Below are positions 58,943 through 64,000 of a DNA stretch of 64,000 nt, in pieces. The stretch covers positions 80,040 through 144,039 of the forward strand of contig CAZYNM010000001.1 of NCBI GenBank assembly GCA_964648715.1, read 5' to 3'. Position 1 is the first letter of the stretch; the number at the start of each line of letters is the position of its first letter. The position numbers and the translations under genes are program-made. Below the pieces are notes generated by a model. The model worked only from the letters and a program-made list of their open reading frames with translations. It searched no databases and had not been told where the DNA came from. The DNA comes from an uncultured Pseudomonadales bacterium (GTDB lineage Bacteria > Patescibacteriota > Microgenomatia > UBA1400 > PJMF01).

Positions 58943-60043
58943 TTAGGTCATGGTGCGCCAACGGTTATTCGTGCTAAGCCACTGGGTGTGAGTGTGTAGT
59001 TTTTGTTCAACAAGCGCCCTATACAATGACTCGTAATTGTTTACCATACGCTGCTCATTAAAGTTGTTCAGTGCATGTTCTCGACATTTTTTTCTATCTA
59101 TACTGGACACGTGATGTACTGCTTCAACCATTTCATCTACTGAGTGTACAACGTACCCTGTCTCTTCATGCGCAATAACCTCAGGAATAGAACCATGCTC
59201 AAAAGCAACAACTGGGCAGCCACATGCCATTGCCTCTACAAGTGTCAAACCAAATGGTTCTGGCCAGGTAACTGGGTGTAAGAAACAGTATGCTTTTGTA
59301 TATAGCTCATTGCGCTGTGGCTCTGATACTTCTCCAATCCATGTGATCTCATCGGATAAGTGTGGTTTTACTTTTTGTTCAAAGTAATCCCCAAACTTTT
59401 CATAGTCTAACTTCGCAGCAATGATAAGTTTCATCTTCAGTTTTTGTGCTACTTCAATAGCAAGGTGTGTGCCTTTTTCTGGACAAATTCTGCCAACATA
59501 GAGTAGATACCCATCATGCGTTTCAGAGAAAGGAAATCTTTCCAATGGTACACCATTGTATACCGTAGCTAGATGGTTGAGCCCAGGAGCAGACTGGCGT
59601 TGATTATGTGAGATCGTGACTAAATGTGGATTAGTAAGTGCAGAGTACATTTTTGTATTTTGCTCATTGAAAGCGCCATGCATTGTCATTACTACAGGTT
59701 TTTTACAGGAGTTTGCGAAAGCAACTCCATAGTGCCCTGTGTGATCATGGATAACATCAAAGTAGGATGCCATCTCATACGCTTTACCTAAGTGAAGTAA
59801 AGAAGTCAGCACTCTACCTTGTAAATCGTGTGGCATAGCTGCTCTCAGTGCACGTGGGTACGTGGGATACAGCTGAGCATCAGTTTTAGAATCTCCGCTT
59901 GCAAAAAGTGTTACAGAATGACCACGGTTCACTAACTCTTCGGTAAGGATGGAGACAATACGTTCTGTGCCTCCATATGCTTTTGGAGGCACACTCTCTA
60001 TGAGTGGAGCTATTTGAGCTATCTTCATGTGTACTCCTTTCAA
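58943..60043 (-). CDS. Glycosyltransferase family 4
   Basis: 366 aa. EPFGLTLVEAMACGCPVVAFEHGSIPEVI. Confidence 0.75.
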   Translation of the reverse strand: MKGVHMKIAQIAPLIESVPPKAYGGTERIVSILTEELVNRGHSVTLFASGDSKTDAQLYPTYPRALRAAMPHDLQGRVLTSLLHLGKAYEMASYFDVIHDHTGHYGVAFANSCKKPVVMTMHGAFNEQNTKMYSALTNPHLVTISHNQRQSAPGLNHLATVYNGVPLERFPFSETHDGYLLYVGRICPEKGTHLAIEVAQKLKMKLIIAAKLDYEKFGDYFEQKVKPHLSDEITWIGEVSEPQRNELYTKAYCFLHPVTWPEPFGLTLVEAMACGCPVVAFEHGSIPEVIAHEETGYVVHSVDEMVEAVHHVSSIDRKKCREHALNNFNEQRMVNNYESLYRALVEQKLHTHTQWLSTNNRWRTMT

Positions 60044-60217
60044 GTTCTTTGTACTGACCCATACTATAAATACTTAAGTTAAAAGCAACGCCATGATTGG
60101 GTAAGAACTATGCAAGAGAAGATGAGCATGTTGTTACACAAAACATACACAACACACATGTAAGTATGTGTATTGAGCGTTATAGTTCAACTCAGTAATA
60201 AATAGTAGAAAGGTACT

Positions 60218-60724
60218 ATGTACATTGAGAATCTCACACTGCTCTTGCATCACGAACTTGCTGATGCACATTCTGCAGAAGATCAGATCATTCGGGCACT
60301 GCCTGAAATGATCACAGCTGCTGCCAATGCAGATTTGCGCACTGCGCTACAAGATCATTTAGCACAAACAAAAGGTCATTTGCAGCGTTTAAAAAAGATT
60401 CAGGAAAAACTCACCTATGATACCAGCGCAAAGTGCATGGGGGTTGAAGGAATCATAAAAGAAGGCAAAAAACTCTTGGATCATATTACTGATCCAGCGA
60501 CCAAAGATGCTGCATTAATTGCCAGCGCACAACGTGTTGAACATTACGAGATTGCGGTATATGGTACTGCGATACGTTATGCACAACAGCTAGAATTTGG
60601 AGATGTAGCTGCACTCTTGAAAGAAATACTTGACGAAGAAGAGGGTGCAGATAACAAACTCACTAAGATTGCGGAAGGTGGGCTCTTTACCACTGGTCTC
60701 AACGAGATTGCGGATCATCAGTGA
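60218..60724 (+). CDS. Ferritin-like DUF892 (YciE/YciF) family protein
   Basis: 168 aa. LLLHHELADAHSAEDQIIRALPEM... fits the YciF-type ferritin-like helix bundle pattern. Confidence 0.65.
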   Translation: MYIENLTLLLHHELADAHSAEDQIIRALPEMITAAANADLRTALQDHLAQTKGHLQRLKKIQEKLTYDTSAKCMGVEGIIKEGKKLLDHITDPATKDAALIASAQRVEHYEIAVYGTAIRYAQQLEFGDVAALLKEILDEEEGADNKLTKIAEGGLFTTGLNEIADHQ

Positions 60725-60823
60725 TCTCTTAACCATGCCATACTTACTCTGTTCTGATTCAAGAAGATTAGCTATCTTCAAAAGGTCTAGTATAGAGCTG
60801 TGCAGTCAAACTGTGATGAGCTG

Positions 60824-62731
60824 TTACTTAGATAGGTACACTATCCACCAAGTAAAAAAGAGTGCAAAAAGTGTTGTGGTTTGAGAAAGAGCAAAATACA
60901 GTCTGTTCTGTAAAACTTGCTGAAGCTTGTAGAAGGTAGTACCGGCCACAGGAAGATAGTGTAAGATTACTGGCTTATTGTGTAACGATATTTCTTCAAA
61001 TTCATTTGGAGATATGATTTTTAAGGTGACTAAATATCTTTTGCCAGATGAGTCTGGTTGTGTTGGGAACCCAAAAGGAAAAACGGTCATGCCTTCAACT
61101 TGTATTGCATCACGGGTAGACTCAAAAACAACTCTACCAGAAACAGCATCAGAGAGTGTAAATAGTAACTGTGCTGGAGGTTTTGTGGGGTGCTGGCGGT
61201 ATGAGTCTGGAGCATGATATTGAAGTTGCAGCCCAACAATGCTCAAGTTTGTGTATCGTGCAACCAATGGAAATACTACAGGCGCTTGTGATAGTGTCAC
61301 TTTGCTTTGCGACAGTTTAGAAGGCTCTTGCGTTACCAAAATTGAGAGCGGATATCCAACCGCATATGCCGCAATAATAATACCACTTATTAAACCTCCA
61401 CCTACAATTGGACTATATAACCAGTTCCCTTTAGGTGGCTCAGTAACACGGAAGGTAGATTTCTGTTTCTCAAAATAGAGTCTCTCAACTACCATATACA
61501 AAATCCAAGATACCCCTACCCCGCACACTAGAGTCAGGCAAATTGCTGCAAGTGAGAAGAGAGGTGGAGGTAGCCACTTGAAAGTTTGTGAAAGTGAAAG
61601 GACCCAACCAAATACGTTCCTATGTATTAAGTAGAGTGAATAACTAATAGTTCCTAAAAAGACAAGTACTTTATGAGAAAACAACCGAGTTACCCAGCTA
61701 GCTTGAGTCAAGGTTATCACTAGTCCACCAATGCAGATACTAGAAATAAGGTAATACCACAATAATGTCTCTTGTCGTTGACCAATGCCTGTATATGCAT
61801 CCCAGCCGTGAATGATCGCCCAGCTACAAAGTACTAAAAGAGCTCCGATAGGATGAGATACTATTCTTGTAGTGAATTTCCAAACTGAATTCTTTTGCAC
61901 ATAACATCTGCCACAGATGACACCTATAATAAAGCCAGAAGCGCGTCCAATACTGAGCATATTAAAGTGTGGAAAAGCATACAAAACCTGATGCAGGTCA
62001 AAAAGTATTTTTACTGTACCAACAATAATGATGCCGGATACTATCCACTTAGAGCGAGAGGATAACTGTATAAGTGGCAAAACAACAAAAGGAAAAATAA
62101 GATAAAAAATAACTTCAGGGGCTAAACTCCATAAAACGACAGTCAAAGGTGGTACTTGTGCTGCAAATGCAGTGGTGAGAGTAAGGTTAGCAAGCAACGA
62201 AATAGTCTTTTGATATGCCATAAGGTGTGGTGTTAAAAACAACTGAACTCCAACCATAAGTACTTGTAGCAGCAAAAAGCTCGTGAGTAACCACCATCCA
62301 AAAGTATGTGCATAGCGTGAGTAGGTAATACCTTTCCAAATGACTCTGCATAGCACTGCGCAGGCTAGTAGGGCGAGTACTTGTGCATAGACACTTTGTT
62401 GTGGTGCAACTTGTTGTACCCATAAAAAGACAACAACTGTACTGAGTACTGGGAAAATTCGTGCATATCTTTTTGCAATAAAATCTCTTGGTCTTGAAAT
62501 ATGTGTATACAGTGCGGACATGAGAAATCCACTTAGCACAAATAAAATTTGTACTGAGTTTGCTCCTTCGCTGAAGAATTGCCAGATAGAGGATAACCAC
62601 TGAGGAAGTTGTATGCCAAAAGAATAAAGGGTGACGTGAGAGAGAAAAACACTCAACGCTGCAAAGCCTCGCAGCCCATCGAGTGCTGAAAAGCGAACTC
62701 TAGATTCTGTGCTTGGAGACGTATTTGGCAT
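60824..62731 (-). CDS. Acyltransferase family 3 protein with C-terminal extracytoplasmic domain
   Basis: 635 aa. N-terminal FSALDGLRGFAALSVFLSHV and ~11 TM helices, plus a ~200-aa C-terminal soluble domain (OafA-type architecture). Confidence 0.7.
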   Translation of the reverse strand: MPNTSPSTESRVRFSALDGLRGFAALSVFLSHVTLYSFGIQLPQWLSSIWQFFSEGANSVQILFVLSGFLMSALYTHISRPRDFIAKRYARIFPVLSTVVVFLWVQQVAPQQSVYAQVLALLACAVLCRVIWKGITYSRYAHTFGWWLLTSFLLLQVLMVGVQLFLTPHLMAYQKTISLLANLTLTTAFAAQVPPLTVVLWSLAPEVIFYLIFPFVVLPLIQLSSRSKWIVSGIIIVGTVKILFDLHQVLYAFPHFNMLSIGRASGFIIGVICGRCYVQKNSVWKFTTRIVSHPIGALLVLCSWAIIHGWDAYTGIGQRQETLLWYYLISSICIGGLVITLTQASWVTRLFSHKVLVFLGTISYSLYLIHRNVFGWVLSLSQTFKWLPPPLFSLAAICLTLVCGVGVSWILYMVVERLYFEKQKSTFRVTEPPKGNWLYSPIVGGGLISGIIIAAYAVGYPLSILVTQEPSKLSQSKVTLSQAPVVFPLVARYTNLSIVGLQLQYHAPDSYRQHPTKPPAQLLFTLSDAVSGRVVFESTRDAIQVEGMTVFPFGFPTQPDSSGKRYLVTLKIISPNEFEEISLHNKPVILHYLPVAGTTFYKLQQVLQNRLYFALSQTTTLFALFFTWWIVYLSK

Positions 62732-62871
62732 AAGTTTCTGCTAGGTAAGTATCCCTCATAACACATACCAATTTTGTTTGCCTCCTAATATTTTAGAGCT
62801 GCATTACTATATTCTATAGGTAAATTTTAAATAAAAAATAGGAGCCTATCTCTACTGAGGTGGGGCTTTGG

Positions 62872-63897
62872 CTATAATTTTTTAAAGCCTGCCAAAAAAG
62901 CAACAACGTTTTCTCCGAGAGCTTCTGTATTGTATCCACCTTCTTGAACAATCACTGTGGGTAGTCGTAATTCTGAGATAGCTTCTGCAATATGCGTAAA
63001 GTACTCTGTTGTTAGTTTGAATCCACCAATTGGATCACTTATATGTGTATCAGCACCAAAGCAAACAACAAGGTGGGTAGCTGCAAATTTTTTGATTTCA
63101 TTGAGCGCTTTTTCGAGAACTTGAGCGTATGCAGTATTTGTGGTACCAAGTGGTAGCGGATAATTATGATTACACGTGTATGAGTCAGTTACTTGTCCAG
63201 AAAAATATGGAAATTTTTCTGCGGGATCGGCATGGATGGAAAGAGTAACCACATGATTGTTTTCGCCAAAGATTTTCTCAGCGCCATTCCCATGATGAAA
63301 GTCAATATCAAGTAGTGCTACTTTATTGGACTGATTCTGATTTAAAAAATACTGGGCAGCTATTGCTCCGTTATTGAAGTAGCAGTACCCGCCCATTTTT
63401 GAAGGTTCTGCGTGGTGACCCGGTGGTCTGCACAGTGCGTACTGTGGTTTACTTGTCTTAACTACTGCTTGTGCTGCACTCAATGCAACGAACGCAGATG
63501 CTCGTGCTGCTGCATGTGTATTTTGATTAACTGGTGTATACAAGTCAAAACAAAACTCACCCCGTTTCGCGACGGGGTGCGAGGGAACACCAGACTCAGA
63601 GCGATAAGGGAAAACACTTGGATACACATAGTCTGCAGTTAAACGCTCGCTTGCTGACAAATATGCCAGGTATTCTTGTGTGTGTATCAAACCTAAAATG
63701 CTATCTAGTTCTTGCTCCCCTGCATCATCGAGTTGTACTTGTTTCAAGATATGCTCAGTTTTTGTAAGTGCTGTTAAGATACGCTCCACACGCATTGGTA
63801 CTTCTTGGTGCGGTGTTTGCTCACCATTGAACACCTCATATGGTGGTGTATGTTGTGCATGAATAGGTGTGTAAAAAATTTGCATACTACCTTTCAC
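62872..63897 (-). CDS. Histone deacetylase-family amidohydrolase (acetoin utilisation/acetylpolyamine amidohydrolase-like)
   Basis: 341 aa. ALLDIDFHHGNGAEKIF, CFGADTHISDPIGG, Asp/His zinc ligands. Confidence 0.75.
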   Translation of the reverse strand: MKGSMQIFYTPIHAQHTPPYEVFNGEQTPHQEVPMRVERILTALTKTEHILKQVQLDDAGEQELDSILGLIHTQEYLAYLSASERLTADYVYPSVFPYRSESGVPSHPVAKRGEFCFDLYTPVNQNTHAAARASAFVALSAAQAVVKTSKPQYALCRPPGHHAEPSKMGGYCYFNNGAIAAQYFLNQNQSNKVALLDIDFHHGNGAEKIFGENNHVVTLSIHADPAEKFPYFSGQVTDSYTCNHNYPLPLGTTNTAYAQVLEKALNEIKKFAATHLVVCFGADTHISDPIGGFKLTTEYFTHIAEAISELRLPTVIVQEGGYNTEALGENVVAFLAGFKKL

Positions 63898-64000
63898 ATA
63901 CTTTCTTTAGCCAGCTTGGTCGTACAGTACTAAGAAATTGTGTAGCCACTCGGTGTCCCAAGGATAGATACCTCTATTTCCACGACCTGTCTTGATCGCG

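Noticed and set aside
1-64000. Mobile elements (IS, transposase, integrase, prophage)
   Set aside because: No transposase or integrase motifs (DDE, tyrosine recombinase R..H..R..Y) or terminal inverted repeats were recognised. The tRNA cluster has no associated integrase.

Overview
The first ~4.1 kb is the 3' part of a compact type V-A CRISPR-Cas locus: the C-terminal ~525 codons of cas12a, then cas4, cas1, cas2, a leader and an 8-repeat CRISPR array. By eye this locus is much more AT-rich than everything downstream. The remaining ~60 kb is ordinary bacterial chromosome.

Features found on that chromosome:
- a long co-directional plus-strand block: a YjjX-type ITPase/XTPase; an FNR-like reductase, a ferredoxin and a DsbA-like thioredoxin; DUF59; RpiB, an Rpe-like epimerase, a LOG-family protein and a PfkB kinase; a Lon-type AAA+ ATPase lacking a protease domain; RNase J; FtsK.
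- murI, comF, a membrane/TPR protein, and a 1098-aa surface-anchored clan GH-A glycoside hydrolase with FN3 domains.
- tRNA-Val(CAC), and a later cluster with two tRNA-Ser isoacceptors and a tRNA-Arg(GCG).
- a tRNA dihydrouridine synthase and a surface-glycosylation island: a SAM methyltransferase, four GT2/GT4 glycosyltransferases, an acyltransferase-3 protein, and a membrane-fused spermidine-synthase-like protein.
- an M20 peptidase, a GNAT protein, an EEP-family membrane protein, a GT-C (ArnT/PMT-like) glycosyltransferase and an HD-domain protein.
- a divergently arranged repair cluster: Y-family polymerase, mutS, mutL.
- galU, a NUDIX hydrolase, a 700-aa metallophosphoesterase, an RsmB/F-like methyltransferase, an ABC-2 exporter, a DUF1697 protein, a GDE-like glycosidase, a further GT4, a YciF-like protein, a large acyltransferase-3 protein and an HDAC-family amidohydrolase.

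RNA genes absent from the ORF track: a tmRNA (ssrA) candidate at 18077-18486 and three tRNAs in the 36.6-38.6 kb cluster. No transposase, integrase or other mobile-element gene was recognised.

Lineage is an inference only: the Cas12a repeat type, the many small genes and the large surface proteins fit a Patescibacteria/CPR-like or similar small-genome bacterium. No GC values were computed; all composition statements are visual.

The most notable points are (1) the apparently horizontally acquired V-A island with an internally decayed repeat, (2) the unannotated tmRNA, (3) a stand-alone Lon ATPase module, and (4) a 50-codon Gly/Ser/Thr-rich ORF with a perfect Shine-Dalgarno.
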